NCBI GenBank assembly: GCA_963840855.1
Contig: CAWJBB010000010.1
Location: 32,348 to 96,347 of the forward strand
Length of the DNA stretch: 64,000 nucleotides
Direction: 5' to 3'
Source of the DNA: an uncultured delta proteobacterium
Lineage (GTDB): Bacteria > Desulfobacterota > Binatia > UBA9968
The notes beneath the pieces were generated by a model. The model was given only the letters and a program-made list of their open reading frames with translations, had not been told where the DNA came from and ran no database searches. Of this stretch, positions 20,576 to 30,925 are shown in pieces. Position numbers and translations under genes: made by a program. Each line of letters starts with the position of its first letter. Position 1 is the first letter of the stretch.

Positions 20576-22036
20576 GTGATTGAGATGCCTGGAGAAGAAA
20601 TTAAACTTGAGCGCATTGAGGAATTTCTCTGGGAGATTCCTAAGCAGGGTGGAATGAGAGTGCCGGGGCGTATCTACGCCACGGAAAAGCTCATGTCCGG
20701 TTTAAAATCGGACAATAGTTTACGGCAAGTAATGAACGTCGCCCATCTGCCGGGTATCGTCGGATATTCTCTCGCTATGCCCGATATTCATTGGGGCTAT
20801 GGTTTTCCCATCGGCGGTGTGGCAGCGCTGAACATCGACGGCGGTGTGATTTCCCCCGGCGGCGTGGGCTACGATATTAATTGAGGGGTGCGCCTGGTGA
20901 AGACCAGTTTGGTCTTCGAAGATGTAAAGGACCGGCTAGGCCGCATCGTCGATACGATTTTTTCGCTTATTCCCTCCGGCGTCGGCTCCGAAGGCGCGAT
21001 CCCGAAACTTTCCAAGCAAGAAGAAAAGCGGCTTTTGCGCGACGGCGCAGGCTGGGCGGTGAACGCAGGCTACGGGCGCGACGAAGACCTCTCCTACATG
21101 GAAGAGGGTGGACGGTTGGCGGCGGCGGACGCCGATCTCGTCAGCGAGCGCGCTCTGGAACGCGGCCTTAAGCAGGTCGGGACTCTCGGATCGGGCAATC
21201 ATTTTCTTGAGATCGGCCGCGTTGAAGAAATATATCTGCCCCAAACGGCGGACGCGCTGGGCCTGTTCGCGGGCGAGATCGTCGTGTTGATCCACACCGG
21301 TTCGCGGGGCTTGGGTTACCAGGTTTGCGAGGACTCGCTCAAGATCATGAGCAAAGCGATGGCCAATTACCGCATCGAGCTGCCCGACAGGCAACTTGCC
21401 TGTGCGCCGATTCGATCACCGGAAGGGCAAGATTATCTCGCGTCGATGGCCGCGGCCGCGAATTATGCCTGGGCCAATCGCCAGGTCATCATGAGCCAAG
21501 CCGAGAAGGCATTCATGCAAGCGCTAGGCATCGGACCGAAGGAGCTAGGCTTCTCTCTCATCTACGATGTTTGCCACAACATCGCGAAGATCGAGGAACA
21601 TGTTGTCGATGGCAAGAAGCAGCTGCTTTGCGTGCATCGCAAAGGCGCAACGCGCGCCTTCGCTCCGGGCCACCCGCAAATCCCCGCGGCATATCAAGAC
21701 ATCGGCCAGCCGGTGCTCATACCCGGCGATATGGGGCGCTATTCGTATCTGCTCGTCGGCGCTGATGCCGCCATGGAAAAAACCTTTGGCAGCACCTGTC
21801 ACGGCGCCGGCAGAATGATGAGCCGCGCGCAATCGAAGAAGCAGAGCCAGGGCCTCAACATCGACCAGGAGATGGCGCGACGCGGAGTCATCGCCCGTTA
21901 TCAAGGGCGCGGCACCATGGCCGAGGAGATGCCCCACGCCTACAAAGACGTCGCCGACGTCGTCGAGACCATGGACCTCGCCGGCATTTCGAAACGGGTA
22001 GCGCGCTTTCGGCCGGTCGGCGTCGTCAAAGGCTGA
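20576..22036 (+). CDS. rtcB: RtcB RNA 3'-phosphate/5'-OH ligase (archaeal/eukaryote-type); single reading frame with in-frame TGA at the catalytic Cys, candidate selenoprotein
   Basis: ORFs 20576-20884 and 20888-22036 are in the same frame, separated only by TGA 20882-20884 plus GGG: [12 protein letters not shown]. Motifs AMPDIH, GSGNHF, HTGSRG, CHN, HRKGATR, PGDMG, CHGAGR and VVKG are intact. Confidence 0.95.
20899..20917 (+). promoter_or_regulatory. Putative bacterial SECIS element
   Basis: GAAGACCA-GTT-TGGTCTTC: perfect 8-bp stem, extendable by a U-G pair; loop begins with GU, 22 nt after the in-frame UGA. Confidence 0.75.
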
Positions 22037-22049
22037 GACGCCGCGTTCC

Positions 22050-22147
22050 ATAGGTTCCAGTCGTTTCAAACGTTCCAATCGTTCGAACCGATCCCCGGAT
22101 GTTGCCGACAGGTGGAACGGCTGGAACGTTTGGAACTATTTGAACGG
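22050..22147. repeat. 9-bp period GTTCCARTC/GTTCAAAC array and inverted GGAAC array
   Basis: gttccagtc gtttcaaac gttccaatc gttcgaacc ... ggaacggct ggaacgttt ggaactatt tgaacgg; near-copy at 23045-23120. Confidence 0.75.
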
Positions 22148-22225
22148 CGTACTTGCGATGAATTTGACAACCCGCCCCGTAGCGCGATACGTTCCGTCTA
22201 ATGATTACGATCAAGGAGGGCGACT

Positions 22226-22582
22226 ATGGATTTCACTAATTTGAACCAAAGGATCGGCGAGGCGCGGGAGCAAAAAATCCGCAACAGCCATCTCTTCGGC
22301 ACCGAGAATTTCCGCTCCTGGATGCTCTACTTCCAGCCGGGCGACTGTACGCCGATGCACTTCCATCAAAATCCTGAATCGTTTCTAATCGTCCGAGGCA
22401 AATGTTCAGTCAAGGACATCAAGGGCGGCGAGCGCATACTCGAAAAAGACGACATCGTTTTCTTCGGCGCGAAAGAATACTATCAGCTCACCAGCGTGGG
22501 AGCCGAGCCGCTGGTGATGTTCGGCAACCGCTCGGAGCCTTTCGGTATCGGCATTACGCGCGCGGCAGAACAAAAGTCTTGA
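22226..22582 (+). CDS. Cupin-domain protein
   Basis: PGDCTPMHFHQNPESFLIVRG cupin motif; AAGGAGG RBS. Confidence 0.85.
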   Translation: MDFTNLNQRIGEAREQKIRNSHLFGTENFRSWMLYFQPGDCTPMHFHQNPESFLIVRGKCSVKDIKGGERILEKDDIVFFGAKEYYQLTSVGAEPLVMFGNRSEPFGIGITRAAEQKS

Positions 22583-22634
22583 ACAGTCCGGGAAGTTTTT
22601 TCAATTAACGTCAAACCAAACTGAGGAGGGGATC

Positions 22635-23027
22635 ATGCCTAAGCTGAAACATTTGGCCATTCGCACGGAGGATACGGGGAAACTCGCGTCGTTTTACATG
22701 GACGTTTTTGAGATGCAGATGCTGCACAAAGCAAAAGAAGAAGGCGGCGCTATCTTTCTCACTGACGGATACTTTAACCTCGCCATTCTGCCCAATAACG
22801 AGCAGAACGCGCCCAACGGGCTCTATCATTTCGGTTTCGAGGTCGAAAGCGGCGAGAAGATCGTCGATCGTATGAAAAAGATTAATCCCAACAAATTGCC
22901 CAAGGGGCGCCCCAACGGGCGGCCCTACGCCGAGACCCGCGGCTCCGATCCCGACGGAAACTATTTCGACATATCGGAGCATGGCTTTTCGGTCGCCGTG
23001 CCCCTGGGCGAAAAACCGAGCAATTAA
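22635..23027 (+). CDS. VOC/glyoxalase family protein
   Basis: LKHLAI, GLYHFGFEV, DPDGNYFDISE. Confidence 0.88.
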   Translation: MPKLKHLAIRTEDTGKLASFYMDVFEMQMLHKAKEEGGAIFLTDGYFNLAILPNNEQNAPNGLYHFGFEVESGEKIVDRMKKINPNKLPKGRPNGRPYAETRGSDPDGNYFDISEHGFSVAVPLGEKPSN

Positions 23028-23135
23028 CGCCCACTCGTTCGGAATGGTTCCAGTCGTTCCAAACGTTTCTCTGAAAGTCCGGCGACTTGAACGATTGGAA
23101 CGACTGGAACTATTTGAACGGCGAAGTGATCCCAG

Positions 23136-24211
23136 ATGGGCACACGAACGTTGGACCAGCGGAGCCAAGCGCCGGCGATAACGAAAAACAAAAATCGCCG
23201 TGCGTTTGGGCTCTTTGCGTTTCTTTGGTTATTAACGGCTAGTTTGCTACCGACCTTCTGTGCGCCGCGGTTCGTGACAGCGCAAGTCAAATCAAACCTG
23301 TCCTCCAGCGTCACCAGCGAAAGCGCGGCCCACATCTGGATGGCCCAGGACCGGAGCCTTTTCAAAAAGTATGGCCTGGAAATGCAGTTCATTCTCATGC
23401 CGCGCAATCCTCTGGCCGTAGCGGCATTGGTGGCCGGCGAAATAGACGCGGCGATCATCGGTCCCGGCCATCTCGTCAATGCCGGGCTCAGCGGCGCGGA
23501 TCTCATCGGCATCGCCAATTTCCATCAGAAGCTAGACTTCCGGCTCAACGCGCGGCCCGAGATAAAGAAGCCGGAAGATCTCCGCGGCAAGCGGGTCGCC
23601 ATCAGCGGCCCGGGTTCTACCTCGCATCTTGTGTCGATGTTGTCCTTGCAGGGTCTGAACATCGACCCGGTACAGGCGCGAATATCTTTTTTGACCATCC
23701 CGGGAACTGAAGCGAACCGGCGGCTCGCGCTTGAAACCAACGCCGTGGACGCGACCACGCTCAGAGGCGCGATGGGCGATCTCTATGGTAACAAAGGTTA
23801 CAACGTCCTTTATAATTTGAAGAAAACGGGCGCGACCTTGCCGCAAAACATGATGGTCACGACCCGGCGCATCGCGGCCGCCAAGCCGCAGGTGATCGAA
23901 GGTTATTTGAAAGCGTTGGTCGAAGCCATCGCGCTTACCCTCGATCCCGCCAACAAGGAGCTGGTCATGCAAACTGATCGCATCGAAACTGCGCTTGAGC
24001 AACCCGCTGATGTCGAGGAGTCATACAATTCCGTCATTGACTCGTTTGAGCGCGCGCCGCATACAACTTGGAAGGAATGAAACGGCTGCAAAAGATATTG
24101 GCGCAGATCAATCCCAAGATTTCCGAAGTGCGCGTCGAGAACATCATCGATAGCTCCTTCATGAACAAGCTGGAGACCTCCGGGTTCATCCAGAGCCTGT
24201 ACAAGAAATAG
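23136..24211 (+). CDS. NitT/TauT-family ABC substrate-binding protein; frameshifts near 23970-24070
   Basis: LFKKYGLE, ALVAGEID, EDLRGKRVAISGPGS; C-terminus LEGMKRLQ...GFIQSLYKK* read in another frame. Confidence 0.82.
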
Positions 24212-24267
24212 CTCGCCCACAACGGCAGTTTGCCTCTCCGTAATAATCCTTTCGTGACGGTTTAAAC

Positions 24268-25734
24268 ATGAAAACAGAAAGTATTCCGGTAATTGTCGTT
24301 GGCGGCGGCAGCGCCGCCTTTGAAGCGGCGGTGGCGGCCAAGCAAGCCGGCGCGCCCAAGGTCGTGATGCTCGAGAAAGCGCCGGAGCCGGAGTTTGGCG
24401 GCAACGCGCGCTATTCGCACACGGGGTTCCGCTGGGTTTTTTCCGGCGCCGACGAGATTCGCCGGTTCCTGCCGGAGGTGGACGATGCCATGTTTGAAAA
24501 ACTGCATCTTCCCGCCTACTCGGCTGAACAATTTCACGCCGATCTACAACGGGTTACCCGCGGCCGCATCGACAAGCAACTCGCTGACGTTCTGGTGCAG
24601 CAGTCCAATACGGCGATCCATTGGATGCGCGAGCTGGGGATAAAATGGGAGATCGACAGCCACGTCGTAATCGACGGACGCTATTATTTCGAGCCCGGCC
24701 TGGTGATCCATCCGGTGGGCGGTATGAGCGGCGGTTTAGGACAACTCGGGCAGTGGCGCGAGATTGCGACGCGCATGGGAGTCGAGATTCGCTATGAATC
24801 GAAAGTGCGCCAGATGCTCGGCAACGAGCGCAGAATCGAAGGCGTCGTCGTTTCCGACCCCAATGAAGAGTACGAGGCGCGCAGCGGTTCGATTATTCTC
24901 TGCGCCGGCGGCTATCAGGCTAACGCGGAGATGCGCGCGCGTTACCTCGGCGCCAACGCCGATCTGATGAAGGTGCGCGGCAGCCGCCATGACACGGGCG
25001 AAGTGCTGATGATGACGCTGGGGCTAGGCGCGAAAGCGGCGGGCCACTGGCAGGGCGCCCACGCCACGCCCATTGACTCGACTTTTCCTGACGTGGAAAT
25101 CGGTAGCAAAGCGAACCGCTACGGTTATCCCTACGGCATCACCGTCAATTCACTGGGCCAGCGCTTTTTTGACGAAGGCGAGGCGCGCCATTCTTATACC
25201 TACGCCAAGACCGGTTGGGCGGTGCTCGGTCAGCCCGGCGGCGTGGCGTATCAAATTTATGACCAGAAAACCATTCCGCTACTTGCAGACAGATACCAAA
25301 CGGCCACGCCCATTGAAGCGGGCACCATCGATGAGCTCGCCACGAAGGTCGGCATCGAGCCGGCAATACTGAATCACACCATCGCGGAATTCAATAATTC
25401 GGTCCGCAAAGATGTGACCTTCGACGTGACCAAGCTGGACGGCAAGTGCACCGAAGGCATCACGCCAAAGAAATCGAACTGGGCAAGTCCCATCGACAAA
25501 CCTCCCTACTGGGCGTTTTCCATCACCGGCGGTATCACGTTTACTTTCGGCGGCCTGCAAATCAACGAAAGCGCCCAGGTGCTCAACACGTCGGGCAAAC
25601 CAATCCGCGGCCTGTACGCCTCCGGCGACATCGTCGGGCTATTCTTCCACAATTATCCATCCTGCACCGGGCAGACGCGCAACGTCGTTTTCTCGCGCCT
25701 GGCGGGACGACACGCGGCGGCACAAGGGTTGTAG
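24268..25734 (+). CDS. FAD-dependent TcuA/CobZ-like (tricarballylate dehydrogenase-like) flavoprotein
   Basis: VVGGGSAA, EKAPE..GGN, AGGYQAN..MRARYLG, KVRGS, RFFDEG..SYTYAK, GITFTFGG, NYPSCTG. Confidence 0.88.
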   Translation: MKTESIPVIVVGGGSAAFEAAVAAKQAGAPKVVMLEKAPEPEFGGNARYSHTGFRWVFSGADEIRRFLPEVDDAMFEKLHLPAYSAEQFHADLQRVTRGRIDKQLADVLVQQSNTAIHWMRELGIKWEIDSHVVIDGRYYFEPGLVIHPVGGMSGGLGQLGQWREIATRMGVEIRYESKVRQMLGNERRIEGVVVSDPNEEYEARSGSIILCAGGYQANAEMRARYLGANADLMKVRGSRHDTGEVLMMTLGLGAKAAGHWQGAHATPIDSTFPDVEIGSKANRYGYPYGITVNSLGQRFFDEGEARHSYTYAKTGWAVLGQPGGVAYQIYDQKTIPLLADRYQTATPIEAGTIDELATKVGIEPAILNHTIAEFNNSVRKDVTFDVTKLDGKCTEGITPKKSNWASPIDKPPYWAFSITGGITFTFGGLQINESAQVLNTSGKPIRGLYASGDIVGLFFHNYPSCTGQTRNVVFSRLAGRHAAAQGL

Positions 25735-25969
25735 GCTGCGGCACCGCGCAGATTTCCGATTTCAAAAGCAAAATCTAGCAAGGTTTAGAGAGCGGCGAGC
25801 TGCCCGGAGTCCGGCGTGCGGTGTGCAGAGTCTGATTCTTCCGAAGTAACAACGCTGGACGCGAGACTCTGGACTCGAGACTATTTTCAGCCGGCTTTGG
25901 CTGCTCTCGTGGCCACGCTGACCGCGTGGCAAGTACACACAAGCGACAAGGTGGAGCAACGAAACATCA

Positions 25970-26100
25970 ATGAGCGAGCTCACCAATCTCCGGGAGCGGT
26001 TGCCTAGTATCCTCAAAGCGCTCTCAGTCGGCATTTTGGCAGGCTATCTGTTCGACCGCCTCGACGCTCCGGTTCCCTGGATGGGCGTGAGCGAGCGACA
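25970..26100 (+). pseudogene. Probable N-terminal fragment of an AbrB-family membrane protein
   Basis: ILKALSVGILAGYLFDRLDAPVPWM resembles the AbrB membrane-protein N-terminus, then the sequence degenerates. Confidence 0.45.
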
Positions 26101-26201
26101 CGTTATCTTGAGCCGGGCCTCGGGGTGGTTATGGTCAACATGGGTACCCAGTATGTCTACTCCTGCGCTCCTCTATCTGAAATTCAGGAATTTGTGCCTA
26201 C

Positions 26202-27194
26202 TTAATCTCTGCTGGCTTTTGCTTCCTTGGCGGCCTTGGTGAGGGCGGGGACGATTTCAAAGAGATCGCCGACGACGCCGATATGGGCTACGCCAAAGAT
26301 CGGCGCGTTGGGGTCTTTGTTGATGGCGATGATGCGGTGGGAGTCGCGCATGCCTGTCAGGTGTTGAATGGCGCCCGAGATGCCGCAGGCGACGTAGACC
26401 TTCGGCGTGACGGTTCTTCCCGAGGCGCCCACTTGCCTTTCGCGCGGCAACCAGCCGACGTCCACCACCGGGCGCGAGCAAGCCAACACTCCACCCAACG
26501 CTTCGGCCAGCTCGGCAATGACCGAGATCTTTTCTTCGGTGCCGATGCCACGACCTACGGAAACGACGATTTCCGCCTTGGTAATATCCACATCGCCGGC
26601 AGGCTCCTCGGAAATCGCCAACACTCGGCTGCGCGCAGGAATGCTCGCGACATCAACGGAGACCGACTCGATGGCGGCTTGTTTGGCCGAGGGTTCGATG
26701 GCCGTGAACGAACCTTTCTGCAGCGCGATGACCGCGCTGTCATTGCCGGCCAACGCCACGTGCGCGTGCAGCGTGCTGTCGAAAATCGGCCGCGTGACGA
26801 TGACCGCTCCGTTCTCCAGCTTTACATTTACGCAATTGGTCAATGCATTCATGCCCAAATGGACGGCAATGGCTGGCGTTAACTCCATGCCGGCGAGACT
26901 GTAGCCGACGAGCACGAAGCGCGGTTCCATTGGCCGCGCCACCTGGGCGATGACGCGCGCCTGCACCTCGCCGGCCGCGGAGGCCAATGCGGGACTTTCG
27001 ACTAGGACGATTTTGTCCATGCCGTGACCCTGCAGCGCCGGGATGACGCCATTCAGTTGATGGCCGGTGGCGAGGGCAACCAAATTCACCTCGAGTTGGT
27101 CCGCCAATTGGCGGCCGGCGGCGAGCAGTTGTAATGTGATGGAATCGACTTTGCCGTCGACGTGTTCGACCAAAACGACAATATCGCCTGCCAT
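26202..27194 (-). CDS. etfA: Electron transfer flavoprotein alpha subunit
   Basis: AEIVVSVGRG, CSRPVVD, QVGASG, GISGAIQHLTGM, AINKDPNAPIF. Confidence 0.95.
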   Translation of the reverse strand: MAGDIVVLVEHVDGKVDSITLQLLAAGRQLADQLEVNLVALATGHQLNGVIPALQGHGMDKIVLVESPALASAAGEVQARVIAQVARPMEPRFVLVGYSLAGMELTPAIAVHLGMNALTNCVNVKLENGAVIVTRPIFDSTLHAHVALAGNDSAVIALQKGSFTAIEPSAKQAAIESVSVDVASIPARSRVLAISEEPAGDVDITKAEIVVSVGRGIGTEEKISVIAELAEALGGVLACSRPVVDVGWLPRERQVGASGRTVTPKVYVACGISGAIQHLTGMRDSHRIIAINKDPNAPIFGVAHIGVVGDLFEIVPALTKAAKEAKASRD

Positions 27195-27961
27195 CAGCGG
27201 CTCTCCTGAATTTTATTGAGCAGCGCGTCGGCGATATCCAGCGCGCTTCCCTGAAGCAGTTCCACTTGATGAGCTCGTTCAGGGGGCTGAACAGCGACGA
27301 TACGGTAGCCTTCGGCCGCTAGTTGATTGCCCTGCAAGCCAAGGTCGGCCAAGGAGAGCGAACTAACCGGTTGCTGGCGCGCTCGAATGCGGCGCGCCGG
27401 CGGAACGAAAGTAAGCGGCTGGATTCCGGTTTGGATGCAGAGCAGTGCGGGCAACTGTAACTCCACCTCGGCATAGCGGCCACCGCCGAGTTCTTTGCGC
27501 GCTTTGATAGTTCCGTCATCCATGACATCGACGCCGACCACGGCATAGGCGAACGGTAGTCCGAGTTGGCTCGCCGCCGCGATGCCCACTTGGCCGCCGA
27601 GAGTGTCGCGCGCCTGAGTGCCCGTTAGGACCAGATCGAATTGCAGCTTCTTCAATGCCGCCGCCAGAGCGGCGCTGGCAACCCGTGGATCGTGGTTGTC
27701 ACAGTCTACCCGCACCGCCTTGTCGGCGCCTTTGGCCAGGGCGTAGTACAAGACATCCTGCGACTTGATACTTCCCATGGAAATCGCTGTGATCTGGCCG
27801 CCATGGGCTTTCTTGAGCACCAGCGCTTCTTCAAGGGCGTATTCATCGCACTCGTTAATGGCCAGCAGTTGGCCCTGGTACTGGAGCGATTTTCCATCCG
27901 CAGCGATTTTGAGGTCCGTCACCAGTCCCGGCACGGATTTGCAGCAAACCACGATGTTCAT
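27194..27961 (-). CDS. etfB: Electron transfer flavoprotein beta subunit
   Basis: NIVVCCKSVP, DEYALEEAL, ALAKGAD, DLVLTGTQARD. Confidence 0.93.
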   Translation of the reverse strand: MNIVVCCKSVPGLVTDLKIAADGKSLQYQGQLLAINECDEYALEEALVLKKAHGGQITAISMGSIKSQDVLYYALAKGADKAVRVDCDNHDPRVASAALAAALKKLQFDLVLTGTQARDTLGGQVGIAAASQLGLPFAYAVVGVDVMDDGTIKARKELGGGRYAEVELQLPALLCIQTGIQPLTFVPPARRIRARQQPVSSLSLADLGLQGNQLAAEGYRIVAVQPPERAHQVELLQGSALDIADALLNKIQESR

Positions 27962-28079
27962 CAACACTCACTTTCGTTCGTTGGTTCAAGCCGTTCAATC
28001 TGGTTCAAGTCGTTCCAGACGTTTTGAACATTTTGAACGGCTTGAACGGACTGACACACCACTCCTCACTCCAACTCTC

Positions 28080-29574
28080 TTATCGGCCCGCCGCATTCGT
28101 ACCTGCAATCTTTCCGGTTACGGCGCCGCGCAACAGGCCCGAGCCGCTCGGGTAGTTGTAATAGAAAAAGCCCGCGGTCAGCTCACCGGCGGCGTACAAT
28201 CCGCCAATCGGCCGGTCGGCTTTGTTGAGCACCCGGCAATCCGTGTCGATCTTCAGACCGCCATAGGTGAACGTCAGCCCGCAGGTTGCGGCGTACGCAG
28301 TGTACGGCGGCTTGTCCAGTTTCTGAGACCAATTGGTTTTTGGCGGATAGATGCCTTTGGTCGCTCTGCCGTCGCGGACCACTTCGTTGAAAGGGCGATC
28401 TTCTTGGACCGCGCGGTTGAATTCATCCACCGTCTTCTCTAGAGCATCCGGATTGATTTCCAGCATTTCGGCCAACTCTCGGATGGAGTTCGCTTTCACC
28501 TCAGCCGCGCCCTCGTATAAATACCGTTTCACGGAGTCCTCAAGTTTTTGGTCGAAAATCTGATACGCGATGCCGCCCGGCTGTTTGAGAATCTCCGCGC
28601 CCGTCTTTGCGTACGTGTAAGCGTGGAAATCTTCACCCTCGTCAATGAAACGGCGCCCTTCCGTGTTGACCATGATGCCCAGCGTCCAGGCGTATCGATG
28701 GGTGCGGTTGCGGCGGTTGGCCGGATCGAGAAAACCGCCTTCATAATCTCCCGCGTCCGCGTCAATCGGCGTCGCGTGGCCGCCGCTCCAGTGGCCGAAC
28801 GGTTGGGCGCCGATGTCCAGAGCCATCTGGATGCCGTCGCCGGTGTTGTATTTCGTCCCACGCACTTTCGCCAGATCCCAGCCGGCGCCGAGGAACTGCG
28901 CGCGCATGGCCGGATTGGCGGAAAACCCGCCGCTGGCCAATACCAGCGCCTTGCAATCGATCGTGCCCTTGCCGTCCGGTGTCTCGACGCCCAGCCCCGT
29001 GACTCTGCCCCGCTCGTCGGTAAGGATACAGCGAGGCGGCAGTTTCAAAGCGCACGGCGATGCCCTTGCTTTTGACGATGCCGTACCACATCTCGACCAG
29101 ACCGCCGCCGCCGTCTTTGGAATTGATAAAGCTGCTGCCGTGGTGCCAACTGAAGCGCCCACCCACAGGTTTCGCCAGGTTATAGAGAATTTCCCACTGG
29201 ATGCCCATTTCGCGCATCCATTTGACCGTCGGATAGGATTCGTTCACCAGCAGTTCCGCCAATTCTGGAACGGAGCGCCCGCGCGTGACGCGCATGATGT
29301 CGGAATAGAAATCGTCCTTTGTGTACGCCGGCAAATCGATTTTCGCCCATTCGCTCTCGGGGACGTGGGGGAGCAGTGGTTTCTCATCGGGAATGCCGTT
29401 GTGCACATGGCGAAATTGCGCGCCATGGCTAAACCAGGTGTTGCCGCCCTTTTTCTTTTCCGGGGCCTTTTCCAGCACCAGGACTTTCGCGCCGGCGACA
29501 TGCGCCGCCACCGCTGCCGCCTGTGCGGCGTTGCCAAGTCCGACGACGATTACGTCGTAATTCTCTGTCTTCAT
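28080..29574 (-). CDS. Second TcuA/CobZ-like flavoprotein; frameshift near 29030
   Basis: DVIVVGLGNAA, EKAPEKKKGGN; ASGGFSANPAMR, KVRGTKYNTGDG, YTYAKTG, NYPSGSGL. Confidence 0.88.
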
Positions 29575-29802
29575 GGGTTTTCCTCCACGTTCTCTTGTTT
29601 AAGGGTTCCTGCTTACCGCAAGTGATTTGTGCGATGCAGAATGAATGACGCCTCGCGCAAAATCGGTGGGCGACAACATAGGTTTTCCTATTCCTTTCGG
29701 CAAAAAACTGCAAACGCGCCGACGAGCCTGCTCCGGGAAAAGGTCGGATTCGATTGAAATTCTCTGCGGGTAAGAATAATAAGAATCAGGCAAGAGGGGG
29801 CA

Positions 29803-30875
29803 ATGGGTATTCGGCGCATTGGCGAAAGTAGATTTAGAGGTATTCAGTTCTGGGCTATGATTTTGCTTGGGATCGCGCTCCCGGCACGGGCGCCGGCGCA
29901 GGGCGCCAAGCCGTTTTACGACGGCAAAACCATTCAAGTCGTCGTCTCGAGCGGCGCCGGCGCCACGACGGATTTCACCGCGCGCCTTGTCGCCCGTTAC
30001 CTGGGAAAATATATCCCGGGAAATCCCAACATCGTTGCTCACAATATGCCCGGCGGCGGAGGCCTGGTAGGGGCTAATTACGTATACAACGTTTCCAAGC
30101 CCGATGGCCTGACGATCCTGGCGGTGAGCCGGGCGAACTACATGGAGCAAATGATCGGGCGGCCCGAGGTCAAGGCCGATTTTCGTCAAGTTCAGTTGGC
30201 TCGGCAGTTTCAATAAAACGCCCATGATGGCGGCCTGCCGCTCGGACACGCCTTACAAGAGCATCGCCGCTATACGCGCGGCAAAAACCCCGCCCCGTTT
30301 CGGTCAATCGGGCACGGGCAGTATCAGTTACGTTTTCGGCAGGTTGGTCGAAAGCATTTTCGACGTGAAATTTAAGAACGTCACGGGTTTTCAATCGGCG
30401 CGGGAGACCGATCTGGGAATGGAACGCGGTGAGGTCGATTGTCGCGCGAGCTCCGATCTTACCGTGATCCGCCCGCCATGGAACCGCTGGGTCAAGGAGA
30501 AGATACGTCACTTTTATTTTGCAACAGGGGCCCGAGAAGAGCGATCTGATACCGCCGGTGCCGACCGTGTACGAATTGGCGCCGCCGGAAGCCAAGCCGA
30601 AGGTGGATTTGATGAGCGTCATGCTCGCCTTTACCGAATTCGACAGGCCCTTTGCCGCCCCTCCGGGCGTGGCGAAAGAAAGATTGCAAATATTGCGCGA
30701 CGGCTTTCTAAAAATGCTCAAAGACAGAGAATTTATCACCGAGGGAAAAAACTTGCTCGACTGGGACGGGATTTCCCACCTCGACGGCGAGCAATTACAA
30801 AAAAAGATCGAAGCGACCATGAATCAGCCGCCCGATGTAATAAAACGCATCAAGGAAATCCTGACAGAGTCGTAA
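29803..30875 (+). CDS. Tripartite tricarboxylate transporter (TctC/Bug) substrate-binding protein; frameshifts near 30190 and 30510
   Basis: FYDGKTI, YIPGNP..NMPGGGG, KPDGLT, MERGEVD, RPFAAPPGV. Confidence 0.85.
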
Positions 30876-30925
30876 TCTGGATCGCTACGCGGCCAAAGGT
30901 GTGGGGAGGACTGGGTATAGTTAAC

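Noticed and set aside
20576-22036. rtcB as a nonsense pseudogene, split gene or intein remnant
   Set aside because: The stop is TGA exactly at the Cys codon, the frame is continuous, no extra sequence is inserted, all other motifs are intact and a SECIS-like hairpin follows. A base-call error remains possible but is less parsimonious.
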